Positions 49,585 through 62,307 of a DNA stretch of 64,000 nt are shown one piece after another. How positions within the stretch are numbered: position 1 is the stretch's first letter; each line of letters opens with the position of its first letter. Source of the DNA: Malacoraja senta (taxonomy: Eukaryota); contig JAXLNO010000638.1 of assembly GCA_038087875.1 (NCBI GenBank), positions 1 to 64,000 of the forward strand, read 5' to 3'. A model generated the notes under the pieces. The model was not told where the DNA came from and made no database searches. It saw only the letters and a list, made by a program, of their open reading frames with translations. The position numbers were made by a program, and so were the translations under genes.

Positions 49585-49769
49585 GCTCTGTGATTAACGT
49601 GTCTGGCCGAATGATATTTACCAGTAATAAATCCATGGAGATTGAAGTTGTTGTGGACGTTGACCATGTCTTGAAAAGTCCGCAAGAATCAACTCATTCT
49701 GTCACGGCTTTCTTCACTTATGTCTCCCTGGGCAAGGATGGAACGGCACTTCCTATCCCCACACTGAAG
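49585..49769 (+). CDS. ACOT7: Internal coding exon of a cytosolic acyl-CoA thioesterase (ACOT7-like, second HotDog domain)
   Basis: cctgcag|GCTCT...CTGAAG|gtgag, 185 bp, phase 1 to phase 0. It encodes GSVINVSGRMIFTSNKSMEIEVVVDVD...AFFTYVSLGKDGTALPIPTLK, similar to vertebrate ACOT7 GCVITISGRMTFTSNKSMEIEVLVDAD...AFFTYVSL. It could be a paralogue. Confidence 0.88.
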
Positions 49770-50617
49770 GTGAGAGCATGCATCCATTTGCATTGTCACT
49801 TTTAAGCACAATTTTGGAATTTAGCTTCTCCGCACTAAGCCAAGAGCGAATGCTGTATTGTTAGTGCCACTGAATGGGGCATAACTGTGTTCACTCCACT
49901 CGGCAATGTTTAGTTCTCATTTGAAGTTGGGGAGTGGGCTAGATCATTCCATTTGCTGGAACCAGGGGAGTTCGTGGAGAGTATTCTTCATTAATAACAG
50001 AAGACTAAGGTCATGTCTGAAAAATTGTATAGTCAGTTTAAGGGCCTGCAAACCAAATACAACATTTCCAGAGATAAACTTTCAGTGCCTGATATTGGAC
50101 CGTTTTATCATTTAAATTCAGCCTTGACTAACAGATTGTGTGTTATGACAGTAAAGAAAGGGAAGACACCATACTTAAAGGTTTGTCCCATCCCGGTTAT
50201 TCCATCGGGCAGAAGATGCAGAATCTTGAAAGCGCGCACCACCAGACTCAGGAACAGCTTCTTCCCCTCTGTTATCAGGCTTCTGAACGGTCCCTCCATA
50301 AGCTAGGGTACTGTCCGATTCACCTCCACCCCATTGACAACATTGGACTTTGTCTCTGGAACTGGTGCGCTACAATGCTGGGAACAATATTCTGCACTCT
50401 GTAACTTCCCCTTTTCTCTACCTATTGTACCTGAGTTTGGCTTGATTTTATTTATATATAGTTTTATCTGATCTGATTGGATAGCATACTATAACATCAT
50501 TGTTCGTTTATGGATGCATTTTTATGCATACTTTTACCCACAATTTTCTAACATTTTCCTTTTTTCAATAAATTTCATGCATATCCCAGATGTATAATAC
50601 CATTTCAAAATTACATA

Positions 50618-50910
50618 GGGCAGCACAGTGGCGCAGCGGTAGAGTTGCTGCCTTACAGTGCCAGAGACCCGGGTTCAATCCTGTTTTGTATGTTCTCCCT
50701 GTGATCGGATGAGTTTTCTCCGGGTGCTCCGGTTTCCTCTCACATTCCAAAGACGTGCAGGTTTGTAGGTTAATTGACCTCTGTAAACTGTCCCTAGTGC
50801 GTAGGATAGAACTAGTATACGGGTGATAATTGGTCGGCGTGGCCACAGTGGGCCAAAGGGCCTATTTCCACGCTGTATCTCTAAACTAAACTGAACTGAA
50901 CTAAAACTAA
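50618..50910 (+). mobile_element. HE1/V-SINE-type SINE, full length
   Basis: Head, V-domain and gggccaaagggcctatttcc...(CTAAA)n tail. Confidence 0.88.
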
Positions 50911-51907
50911 AATGACAACACTACTAAAAATACATTCTTTTCAACTTGATCATGTTTATTTTACTCTGGAAGATAGGTTTAATTTGGCATCATGTTCAGC
51001 ATGGGCATTGTGTGCCAAGAGGTTTCTTCCTGTCCTGTACTCATCTATTTCTGAATGTGCTTAGCCCCAAATGTTCTCTGAATCTCTGAATTTGATACAT
51101 TTGCCTAACACGTCCTTAAACACTACATGTTTTACAATCATATTCTCCAAGATCATACAACCAAGATCATGGGAGACCCCTTCCACCCCAGCAACGGACT
51201 GTTTCAGCTGCTCCGGTCAGGCAAACGCCTCCGTTGCCATGCTGTGAGAACGGAGAGGATGAGATGGAGTTTCTTCCCAGAAGCCATTAGGACCGTAAAC
51301 TCCTATCTCTCCAAGGACTAACTTTCCTGTACCATTTTACTGTTGTGTGGTGTCTTTTTTAAATTGCTGTTTTTTTCCTTTTTCTTCCCTCCCACAATTA
51401 TGTAATATGTGAATATGTGATTCTGTTCCAGCCTGTTTGTAGTTTGTTTGTTGTTTTTGCACAATTCACGAGCATTGCCACTTTTCATTTCACTGCACAT
51501 CTCGTATGTGTATGTGACGAATAGACTTGACTTGACTCATCCAAAAGCTGTTTAAATTCATCCTGTGACTGACCCGCTGAGTTGCTCGAACACTTTGTGT
51601 TTTTTGCTCAAAATTCCAGCCTCTGCAATTTGTTATGTTTAAATTCACCCTGCGCTGTTTCCAGATATTGTTACTTGGACAGGCGGTATTCTCAATTTAA
51701 AATCATTACTGTTTTACATCTTGGCAGTTCCACACATGACATGTCGGAGGAGTGCTGGCTGTACAGTGACAGCTCTGGTCTCCTGAGTACCATTCAAAAC
51801 TGAGTAGCTGGCACGATGATGGCACTGAGGCCCAGTGGTGTGAGACTAGACAACATAACTCTACCAGCCATAAACAAGGAGATGCAGTGAGTTTAACAGG
51901 AATGGTT

Positions 51908-52025
51908 AGGAACTGCAGATGCTGGTTTAAATCGACTGAAGAAGGGGTCTCGACCCGAAACGTCACCCATTCCTTCTCTCCAGAGATGCTACCTGTACCG
52001 CTGAGTTACTCCAGCGTTTTGTGTC
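51908..52025 (+). mobile_element. Penelope-pLTR-derived mini-element with an intact hammerhead-like core (51936-51964)
   Basis: CTGAAGA ag GGGT ctcg ACCC GAAA CGTC, preceded by a short inverted 5' piece; 14-bp TSD taacag(g/c)aatg(g/a)tt (51894-51907 / 52026-52039). Confidence 0.75.
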
Positions 52026-52606
52026 TAACAGCAATGATTGTTAACAGGAAGAAAAACGACGGAAAATGGGTTACAAAAGCATTCACCTCCACCTGTCATC
52101 ACGTTGGCTCGGTTTCATATCAAATGTTGCAGAGTGCTGGGCATGTTCCACAGCCTCACCACTTACTACACATGACAGACAAAGAAACTTCATGTACGAT
52201 TAGCTGCACAAACATGGAAGTGCAGGTGCTGGTTTACAAAGAAAAGAAACAAAACGACGGAGTAACTCAGCGGGTCAGGCAGCATCTCTTTAGAACATGG
52301 ATGGAACATTTCTGGTTGGGTCTCTTTAAGAATTGCCTACATTAAGCCATTTGGTTTACTCCTAACTGTGATATTTCCTTTCCTCTATACATCCCTCCCC
52401 TGCCTTCCTACTGAAAACGAACATATTTCTGTCCTTCCCAGTTTTGAGTATTTTGAGATGTGAAATCCTGGACAGGTACATGGATATGAAAGGTTTAGAG
52501 GGATATGGGCCAAACGCGGGCAAATGGGACTAGCTTAAATGGGGCATCTTGGTCAGTATGGACGGGTTGGGACGAAGGGCCTGTGTCTGTGCTGTGTGAC
52601 TCTATA

Positions 52607-52947
52607 GGGCCTGTCCCACTTTCCCGAGTTATTCACGAATTCTGCCGAGTTTTCAAACTCGCAGAATGTTCGTAACGAGTCCGTAGGAGGCCGTAGGAGT
52701 CTGTGGATATATCGTAGCGGCTCGTTATGCCAGCCGTAGGTACTCGGGGCATCAGGTAAGTTGGGACGTTTTTTCAGCATGATGAAAAAATAGCCCCGAA
52801 TACCTATGGCTGGCATAATGAGCCACTATGATATATCCACGGACTCCTACGGAATCGTTATGAACATTCTGCGAGTTTGAAAACACGGGAGAATTCGTGA
52901 ATAACTCAGGAGAATTCGTGAATAACTTGGGAAAGTGGGACAGGCCC
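52607..52947. mobile_element. Palindromic MITE, probably PIF/Harbinger-type
   Basis: TIRs begin GGGCCTGTCCCACTTTCCC; arms of about 145 bp cover almost the whole element; flanks are ATA / TTA. Confidence 0.8.
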
Positions 52948-53584
52948 TTAAGAGATGGAGATGCTGCCTCCTCATCGAAGTAATTTCAGCATTTTCTGCT
53001 TCAGTTTCTCAACCATGCATGCCTGTAGGATGGAATGTGCTGCCCGCTGCCTTTCACATCACGGACATTGTCCTCCCTGTCTTCCCTCTGTCCTGTAATC
53101 CGATGCCCCTCCAGTATTAATCACGGCAGAGGACGACAATTGATGCAACCTGATTTTATTCCAAATGTCAATTTTATTTCATCCTTGGTCCACATCTAGG
53201 CTGAGCTGAACTCACTGTCCTCCAGGCAGTCACCTTGGTCTTCATTAATCATGTGGTATTTGTAGCTTGGATAAAAATAATGAAATGGTCATAATTGATA
53301 GCTGTACGGATAAAAATCACATTCACATTGATGTGTCAAGATAAGAAGATAACCTTGTTCAATAAATAAAAATAGCAACATGGCCTTTCTGTTGTGTATA
53401 TAAATAGTGCTTCTGCCTCTGCATCTTATATAAATAGCACCATCACCAGTTTGTTTGCGCTGCCTTCAGGTGACATTGGGATATTTCTCTGGCTATTTTT
53501 AAATACATTTGTACTCTGAGCAACTGGAGAAGAGTAAAAACTAAATACAGACAGTGCTGGTGCGGAGAGTCCCCAGGATATGTC

Positions 53585-54170
53585 CAGCGAGCTAGAATAC
53601 AAAAACAGGAATGTAATGCTGAGGCTTTATAATGCGCTGGTCAGACCACGTTTGGAGTATTGTGAGCAGTTTTGGGCCCCATATCTGAGGAAGGATGTGC
53701 TGGTGTTGGCAGAGAAGGTTTTGGAGAATGAATCCAGGAATGATTGGGTTAACATATGATGAGCGTTTGGCGGCACTGGGCCTGTACTCGTTGGAGTTTA
53801 GAAGTATGAGGCGGGGACCTCATTGAAACTTACTGGATAGTGAAAGGCCTGAATAGAGTGGATATGGAGAGGATGTTTCCACTCGTGGGAGAGTCTAGGA
53901 CCAGAGGCCATAGACTCAGAATAAAAGGACGTACCTTTAGAAAGCAGATGAGAAGGAATTTCTTTAGTCAGCGGGTGGTGAATCTGTGGAAGTCATTGCA
54001 ACTGACAGCTGTGGAGATCGTGAATGGATAGTTTTAAGGAGAAAATTGACAGACTGTCAGGGGTGATGGGGCGAGGGCAGGAAAATGGAGTTGAGAAGGA
54101 AAGATAGATCAGAAGTAGACCATGGGCCGAATGGCCTAATTCTGCTCCTGAAACGTATGATCTATGAACA
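53585..54170 (+). mobile_element. CR1 3' fragment
   Basis: [13 protein letters not shown] sequence, RTRGH..RRNFFSQRVVNLW and the 3' stem-loop. Confidence 0.85.
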
Positions 54171-54494
54171 TGTCGACTTATTGTTGAACACATCTAGATA
54201 TTGGGCATCTTTCTTTTACATTACCCTGAACATCCTCTGCTACTTCTGAGCTGAATTTCATCCATTTGAAAAATATATTTGACAGATGTTAGAAATTGTG
54301 CAAATGTTATCTTTTCCCACAACTAGAATCTCTGCCCAGTTATTGAAATAGTACTGAAAGTCCGTGGAGACCATCAGCATCTGAGGCAAAACGATAATTA
54401 ACTCGCTTTCTCCATGTTTGCCAAAGGTGGTCCAAAGGAACCTTTATTTTAGAAATGTAACCCATGCTCTTTTAAGATTCTAAAAAGTATAATG

Positions 54495-54880
54495 GTTGAG
54501 TTGCTGCCTCACAGCGCCAGAATCCTGGGTTCGATCCTGACCCTGGGTGCTATCTGTGTGGAGTTTGCACGTTCTCCCCGTGACCTGCGTGGGTTTTCTC
54601 CGAGATCTTTGGTTTCCTTTGTAGGTTAATTGGCTTGGTAAATGTAAAAATTGTCCCTAGTGGGTGTAGGATAGTGTTAATGTGCGGGGATCGCTTGTTG
54701 GCGCTGACCCGGAAGACCGAAGGGCCTGTTTCCCCACTGTATCCCTAAACTAAACTAAACTGGCCTCCGTAATTCCCCCTAGTGTGTAGGGAGGATGAGA
54801 AAGTGGGATAACATAGACCTAACGTGATCGATGGACTCGGTGGGCCGAAGGGCCTCTTTCCATGCTGTATCTCTAACAAA
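54495..54880 (+). mobile_element. HE1/V-SINE-type SINE(s)
   Basis: ggttcgatcc B box, V-domain and two tails. Confidence 0.8.
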
Positions 54881-55049
54881 TATAAATGCATTATTTTGGT
54901 GAGTTAGTACAAATAATGCCCTCCATTCACAAGTCCATCACTCTCTGCCTGTACACTGCACAGTCTCCTGAACAATACTCAGTCAGGGTGAGTTGCTTGA
55001 CACAGGTCACAGAACGACATAATCAGCAGAGATGGAACAACACACAACT

Positions 55050-55275
55050 TCTGTGTCTTGAAAATTGCTGGGTTACTCAGCTGGTCAGGCAGCATCTCCG
55101 GAGAACTCGGATAGGTGACGTTTTGGTTTGAGGCCGGTCTTCAGAGTTCAGTCTGAAGAAGATTCCCGACCCAAAACGTCACCTATCCATGTTCTCCAGA
55201 TATGCTGCCTGACGCTCTGAGTGACTCCAGCACTTCATGTGTGTTTGTGAAAACCAGCACCTGCAGATCCTTGTT
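55050..55275. mobile_element. Degenerate palindromic Penelope-pLTR-derived element
   Basis: Inverted arms around tcttcag..gtctgaagaa; ccaaaacgtc is a mutated core. Confidence 0.7.
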
Positions 55276-55399
55276 TTGACCAGATGTCCCTCTTCACCTT
55301 TATCAGCGGAGCTTCTGGGGCCTTCTCTTTGCCTCAGCAACCAAGCGGCAGAAGGTGTTATTTAAAGTGGTAGGCAAGCCTGATTCACAGGGCAAAAGA

Positions 55400-55730
55400 A
55401 CACTTGTATTTTTACACCGCCTCGTGTACCTCCCCAGCAAAGTAATTTTTCAAACACAATCACTATTGTAATTTAGGAAATGCTGCAGCTAAATTGTGAA
55501 GAACAAGTTCCTAAAGTTGGCAGGATAGCAATGACAAGACCGTCCAATTTTATGGATTTCATGGAGGGATAAATATTGATCAGGACATCAGCAGTAACCC
55601 ATTAGAGCTTCCACAAAATAGTATCAAGGGGTCTTTGGCCGCTACCTGAGGGCATGCGGGGGCCCTGATCATCTGAGAAACAGCATATCTGACAGTGAAG
55701 GCTTCACTCCACTTTTGTGCTCAAGTCACC
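55400..55730 (-). mobile_element. Ancient Deu-domain SINE remnant (weaker copy at about 56290-56570)
   Basis: gagggataaatattgatcaggaca...aaaatagt...acctgaggg...ctgacagtg...ttttgtgctcaagtc. Confidence 0.6.
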
Positions 55731-55955
55731 AGTTTCAGCAATTGTGCATCAAATTCCATGCCCTGAAGTGGAAATGTATTTTCCGTTATTTAAACCAGAT
55801 TTCTATGCTGGACTGCACACTTATTATCAAACACTGTGATGGATCTCAATCCCCCGCCCCTAACACTCTGACAAGAAATGGTTGAATTCCTCGAATCGCT
55901 TGAGATGTTTTTACATTTCGTGCTTGCTGAGTTTCTTCTTTTGTGGGATGAGATA

Positions 55956-56235
55956 GGGCAGCACAGTGGGGCAGCAGTAGAGTTGCTGCCTTACGGCACC
56001 AGAGACCCGGTTCGATCCTGACTATGGGTGCTGTCCGTATGGAGTTTGCATGTTCTCCCAGTGACCCCGTGGATTTTCTCCGGGTGCTCCGGTTTCCTCC
56101 ACATCCAAAAAAGTACAGGTTTGTAGGTTAGTTGCCTTTGGTAAAATTGTAACTTGTCCCTAGTGTGTGAGCTAGTGCCAGTGTGATGGGTGGGCCAAAG
56201 GGCCTGTTTCCACGCTGTATCTCTAAAGTCTAAAG
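55956..56235 (+). mobile_element. HE1/V-SINE-type SINE (further copies at about 57617-57925 and 58298-58380)
   Basis: Head, V-domain and tail. Confidence 0.85.
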
Positions 56236-56924
56236 ATCTTTCCTCAGCAATGTCTCTGGATCAAGAAAACAAGTTTCCTGTTGTATCTTTCCAATCCCCA
56301 AGATGTCTCCAAGTGCTTCCCAGCCAATCAATTACTCTCTGATATGTTCTCTTGGCAGAATAGACAGGTTAATTTGTTCATTCACAGCAAGGTTATACAA
56401 ATAAAAAACAAGATAAACGGCGTGCTGATCTGAACTGGTGGTGCTTGATGAGAGATAAGTATTGACAAAGGCCCTGGAAGAATTCCTTGACGCTTCACCT
56501 ACTGATCTTTTGCAAACATCAGAACAATTCTCCATTAATTTTGTCATCTAGAAGATCTCATCTCGATCTGCTCTCTCTCTCTCTCTCTCAGGGTGTTGAT
56601 ATGTCAGATTCTGGAAAGTCAAAAGAGCACTCGGAACAACAACCGGCTCCTCTCCCTGCCCTGTAGAACGGAGCGGTTCAGGAGAGCAGCCATTAGATTT
56701 TATAATTTGGACCGCTAGGCTGTAGAGGGATGCATCTTTGCATTTTTTTAATTTAATTTTTTTTATTTAATTTTTAATTGGTCTATTTAAGTATTTATTG
56801 CTCTCAGGTAGTGTCCACATTTTAAAATGTATTTTATGTATTTTCTGTCTGCGTTCGTTTTGAATGTGGGTTTGTTGGTTGGGGGCTTCTGGACATCTGA
56901 ATTTCCCTGAGGGGATCAATAAAG

Positions 56925-56925
<1 letters not shown>

Positions 56926-56970
<45 letters not shown>
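56926..56970. repeat. (ATT)n microsatellite, probably a retroposon tail
   Basis: Follows ttccctgaggggatcaataaagt. Confidence 0.85.
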
Positions 56971-56971
<1 letters not shown>

Positions 56972-57257
56972 TTCAAATTTGGGTCAGGATTTGAATTTAG
57001 GATTTATTATTCAGCCACAAAAAGCCTTAATTGAGCCATATAAATATGGACCACTAATTGCATTTTTTTAAATGTAGGCACAATTTCTATCGATCAAATC
57101 AATACACAGAGTTATATAATTATATTATCAACAGCTACCTAATTATTTTTTATTTAACTGCGTTTAATAAATTATTGGTGCCTTGAAGATTATCCAAGGT
57201 CCCATTCATGTTAGAGGTCACCTACGTGATTGAGGATGCCAACATTTTCTGTTTCAA

Positions 57258-57538
57258 TAGACAATAGGTGCAGGAGTAGGCCATTTGGCCCTTCGAGCCA
57301 GCACCACCATTCAATGTGATCATGGCTGATCATCCCCAATCAGTACCCCGTTCCTGCCTTCTCCCCATATCCCCTGACTCCGCTATGTTTAAGAGCCCTA
57401 TCTAGCTCTCTCTTGAAAGCATCCAGAGAACCTGCCTCCACCGCCCTCTGAGGCAGAGAATTCCACAGACTCCCCACTCTCTGTAAGAAAAAGTGTTTCC
57501 GCATCTCCGTTCTAAATGGCTTACTGCTTATTCTTAAC
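57258..57538 (-). mobile_element. CR1 3' end
   Basis: ORF 57340-57552 and tail caatagacaatag. Confidence 0.88.
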
Positions 57539-59672
57539 ACTTTCAATAACAAGCCGTCTGCTTAACCCAATGTGAATGAGATTAGAGAAGGTAGACTTCC
57601 CTTACATAATGCAGCAGGGCAGCATAGTGGCTCAGCTGGTAGAGTGGCTGCCTCACAGAGCCAAAGAACTGGGATTAATCCTAATCTCTGTGTGAAGTTT
57701 GCACGTTCTCCCTGTGATCGTGTGGGTTTCCTCCTGGTGCTCTGGTTTCCTCACACATCCTAAACACGTGCGGGTTTGTAGGGTAATTGACCTCTGTAAA
57801 AAATTGTCCCTCGTCTGTAGGGAGTGGATGAGAAAGTGGTATAACATAGAACTGGTGTGACTGGGTGAATGGTGGTTGGTGTGGACTAGATAAGGACCTG
57901 TTTCCTTTCTGTATCTCTAAACCACAAGTTATAATGCAAGCATGCTCTCCATCAAAATGAAGAGACGGGATATAAATGTACACCTTTATTTCATTTCCTC
58001 CCTTGGGACCATTGATTTTCTTGGAAGGATCAGAGTTAAAACTGGAGTTTGAAGTAACAGCCACATTGAAAGCCTGAGAACAGACAATTTTAAAATAATT
58101 TAGGAAACGGAATTATTTATTGCAAAATCAAGTTTAACGAGCATCAGAAGGAACCATAGAAATGTTCCAAAAGTGATGCAAAGTGTTTGGCTTGAACACA
58201 GCAAAGTTTGTTCCAGCTGATGGTGAGATATGAGAGAGCTTGCACTCACGTACACCGTGGGCTCTCTCCAGCTGGAATCACTGAGAAACCTTCAGGAGGC
58301 GGCACGGTTGCGCAGTGGTCGAGCTGTCGCCTTGCAGCGCCAGAGACCTGATTCGATCCTGACCTCGGTTTGTACCGAGTTGTGCATGAAGGTTTTCCAT
58401 GAGTTGAGCTTGACATTTGCCTTCCAGTATCAGTGGTGACCACACATTAATGAGGACAACTGAAATTAAATTCATTCCATGATTGGTAAAACATTGCAAT
58501 TTGCAGTTATTAACCTTGAAATTGCAATGTGAGTTGCTAATGTCCATTGAACATTCTTTGCCATTTTAGAGAGATTAATTTTATTTCAAACAACCAGACA
58601 TGTCCCCACTGAAGAGCAAAGGAGAGTTATGCAGACATGTGAAACATTTGGACACTTGTGCTGCTGTATATTCCCCCAAACTCCTGTGCATTGAATATTA
58701 TTGAGGTGAAAAATTGCAATCACCATCACTGGTATTTTCTGTTTTATTTAACAATCTTTTTTGGGAAATGAGTTGAAGCTACATTTGGAAATCTAATAGT
58801 GTCCCCAAATGAATGTCCCGAAATATGTCAATGCTGAGATTCTGATCCCTTTCAAGCTTGACAATATCTTTCCTATAACATGGTGCCCAGAACTGAACAC
58901 AATATTCTAAATGCGGTCTCACCAACATCTTGTACAACTGCAACATGACTTCCCAACTTCTATACTCAATATTGCTGGGAACTATGGGCCGGTGAGCTTA
59001 ACATCCATTGGAAAGTTACTAGAGAGTATTCTAAGGGATAGGTTATACAGGCATTTGGATGGGAACGGGCTAATTAAGGATGGTCAGCATAATTTTATAC
59101 GTGGGAGGTCGTGTCTCACAAATGTGATTGATTTTTATGAAGATGTGACCAAAAAGGTCGATGAGGGCAGAGCTGTAGATGTTGTGTACATGGATATCAG
59201 TAAGGCATTTGACAAGGTTCTGCATGGTAGGCTGCTATGGAAGGTTAGATCGCATGGGATCCAAGGAGAGATAGCTGAATGGATAGTAAAGAAAGCGAAT
59301 TATTATAAAGTTGGCCTTTATAATAAGAGGAGTCGAGTATAGGAGCAAAGAGGTCCTTCTGCAGTTGTACAGAGCCCTAGTGAGACCACACCTGGAGTAT
59401 TGTGTGCAGTTTTGGTCCCCTAATTTGAGGAAGGACATTCTTGCTATTGATGGAGTGCAGCGTAGGTTTACAAGGTTAATTCCCGGGATGGCGGGACTGT
59501 CATATGCTAAGAGAATGGAGCAGCTGGGCTTGTACACTCTGGAGTTTAGAAGGATGAGAGGGTATCTCATTGAAACATATAAGATTGTTAAGGGCTTGGA
59601 CACGCTAGAGGCAGGAAACATGTTCCCGATGTTGGGGGAGTCCAGAACCAGGGGCCACAGTTTAAGAATAAG

Positions 59673-60531
59673 ATTAGATTAGATTAGATTTTATTACTTG
59701 TCATTTGAACCTCAGAGAGGCTCAAACGAAACTCCGTTTCCACAGTCATACAAACAAAACAATTCCTACACGACACACAAACAATTCAATTTATAGAAAA
59801 ACATCCATCACAGTGAATCTCCTCCTCACTGTGATGGTAGGCAAAGTCTTTTCTCTCCCCTGCACCATTTTTCTCCCGATGTTGAAGCCCCAGGCGGGCA
59901 ATGTTAAGCCCCACGGACATTTTAGGCTGCGCTGGGCGATGTACGGCCCCGCTCCGGGCCCAGAAGTCACAAGTTGGAGCCCCCGGCGGGCGCTGGAATG
60001 TCCCGCGGCCGTTAAAGCCGCGCCGGGCGATGTACAGCCCCGCTCCGGATCATTCCAACCCCACGACTCGGGCTGGAGAAGTTGCGTTGCAGGAGCTCCG
60101 GAAAGAGGTCTCCCACCCGGACCCGCGAGCTCCCGATATCACAGTCCACCGGTCTGCAGCTGCAGCTGGAGCTCCGGAGTCGGGCCGCAGCAACGAGCCA
60201 CCACTGCTCCCCACGCTCCGAGGCCGGCCAGCCCCACGATGGTGAGTCCGCAGCTCGGCAGGCTCCGCTACTGGAGCCCCCAGGTCGTCCCGGTCGGAGG
60301 CCGCTCCACGGAGCTAGGCCCCAACGACAACGGAGACCCGACAGGGAAAAAGTCGGGTCTCCCGTGCAGGGAAGAGATTTTAAAAGTTTCCCCCCCCCGC
60401 CCCCCACATATACACAGTTAAAAACAGTACAAAAAAAACCACAATCAACTACATTTAACTAGACAAAAATAAAAAAAAGACAGACAGGCTGTAGGGGCCG
60501 CTGCAGTAATCCTGCGCCACCGCACCCGCAC
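59673..60531 (-). mobile_element. CpG-rich non-coding retroelement, copy 1, (AATCT)n tail
   Basis: Interrupts CR1 at agaataag|gagtaagcc; homologous along its length to 61477-62307. Confidence 0.8.
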
Positions 60532-61476
60532 AAGGAGTAAGCCATTTAGAACGGAGCCGAGGAAACACTATTTCTCACAGAGAGTGGTGAGTCTGTGGAA
60601 TTCTCTGCCTCAGAGGGCGGTGGAGGCAGGTTCTCTGGATGCTTTCAAGAGAGAGCTAGATAGGGCTCTTAAAAATAGCGGAGTCAGGGGATATGGGGAG
60701 AAGGCAGGAACGGGGTACTGATTGTGGATGATCAGCCATGATCACATTGAATGGAGGTGCTGGCTCGAAGGGCCAAATGGCCTAATCCTGCACCTATTGT
60801 CTATTGTCTATTGTGATGGTGGAAGGTTGCTTCCCGGACAGGTGGCCATGATTAGTGGTGTGCGTCAGGGTTCGGTGCTGGGCCCATTACTCTTTGTCAT
60901 CTACATCAATGATTTGGATGAGAACATGAAATGCAAGATTAGCAAGTTTGCCAATGCTACAAAAGTGAGTGGTTTTGCAAATAGTGAAGATGGTTGTGAA
61001 AGATTGCAGCAGGATCTGGATCGATTAGCCAGGTGGGCGGAAGAATGATTGATATAATTTAATATAGAGAAGTGTGAGGTGTTGCATCTTGGGACGTCGA
61101 ACAAGGGCAGGACCTACACAGTAAACGGTAGGCCTCTGGGTAGTGTTGTAGAGCAGAGGGATCTAGGAGTACAGGTGCATGGTTCCTTGAAGGTTGAGTC
61201 GCAGGTAGATAAGGTGGTCAAAAAGGCTTTTAGCCTTCAACAGTCAGAATATTGAGTATAGAAGTTGGGAAGTCATGTTGCAGTTGTACAAGATGTTGGT
61301 GAGACCGCATTTAGAATATTGTGTTCAGTTCTGGGCACCATGTTATAGGAAAGATATTGTCAAGCTTGAAAGGGATCAGAAAAGATTTACGAGGATGTTG
61401 CCAGGACTAGAGGGTGTGAGCTATAGGGAGAGGTTGAGTAGGCTGGGCCTCTATTCCATGGTGCGCAGGAGGATGA

Positions 61477-62307
61477 TTTGATTTGATTTGATTTGATTTG
61501 ATTTATTTCTTGTCATTTGAACCTCAAAGAGGCTCAAACGAAACTCTGTTTCCACAGCCATACAAACAAAACAATTCCTACAAGACACACAAACAATTCA
61601 ATTTACAGAAAAACATCCATCACAGTGAATCTCCTCCTCACTGTGATGGAAGGCAAAGTCTTTTCTCTCCCCTGCCCCATTTTTCTCCCGATGTTGAAGC
61701 CCCAGGCGGGCAATGTTAAGTCCCACGGCCGTTGAGGCCGCGCCGGGCGGTATACAGCCTCGCTCCGGGCCCAAAAGTCACAAAGTTGGAGCCCCCGGCG
61801 GGCGCTGGATTTACGGCCCCGCTCCGGTCGTTCCAACCCCGCGACTCGAGCTGGAGAAGTTGCGTTGCGGGAGCTCCGGAAAGCGGTCTCTCACCCGGAC
61901 CCGCGAACTCCCGATATCATAGTCCACGGGTCTGCAGCTGGAGCTCCGGAGTCGGGCCGCAGCAACGAGCCACCACCGCTCCCCGCGCTCCGAGGCCGGC
62001 TAGCCCCACGATGGTGAGTCCGCAGCTCCACAGGCTCCGCGACTGGAGCCCCCAGGTCGTCCTGGTCGGAGGCCGCTCCACGGAGCTAGGCCCCAACGAC
62101 AACGGAGACCCGACAGGGAAAAGGTCGGGTCTCCCGTGCAGGGAAGAGATTTTTAAAGTTTCCCCCTCCCCCCCCCCCGCCCCCCACATATACACAATTA
62201 AAACAGTACAAAAAAAACACAAACAACTACATTTAACTAGACAAAAATAAAAAAAAAGACAGACGGGCTGTAGGGGCCGCTGCAGTAATCCGCGCCGCCG
62301 CACTCCG
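61477..62307 (-). mobile_element. CpG-rich non-coding retroelement, copy 2, (AAATC)n tail
   Basis: TSD GGATGA (61471-61476 / 62308-62313). Confidence 0.82.

Noticed and set aside
58600..58645. Possible ACOT7 last exon (EEQRR..)
   Set aside because: It does not match the expected EKKRFEEGKGRY-type sequence and lacks a good acceptor.
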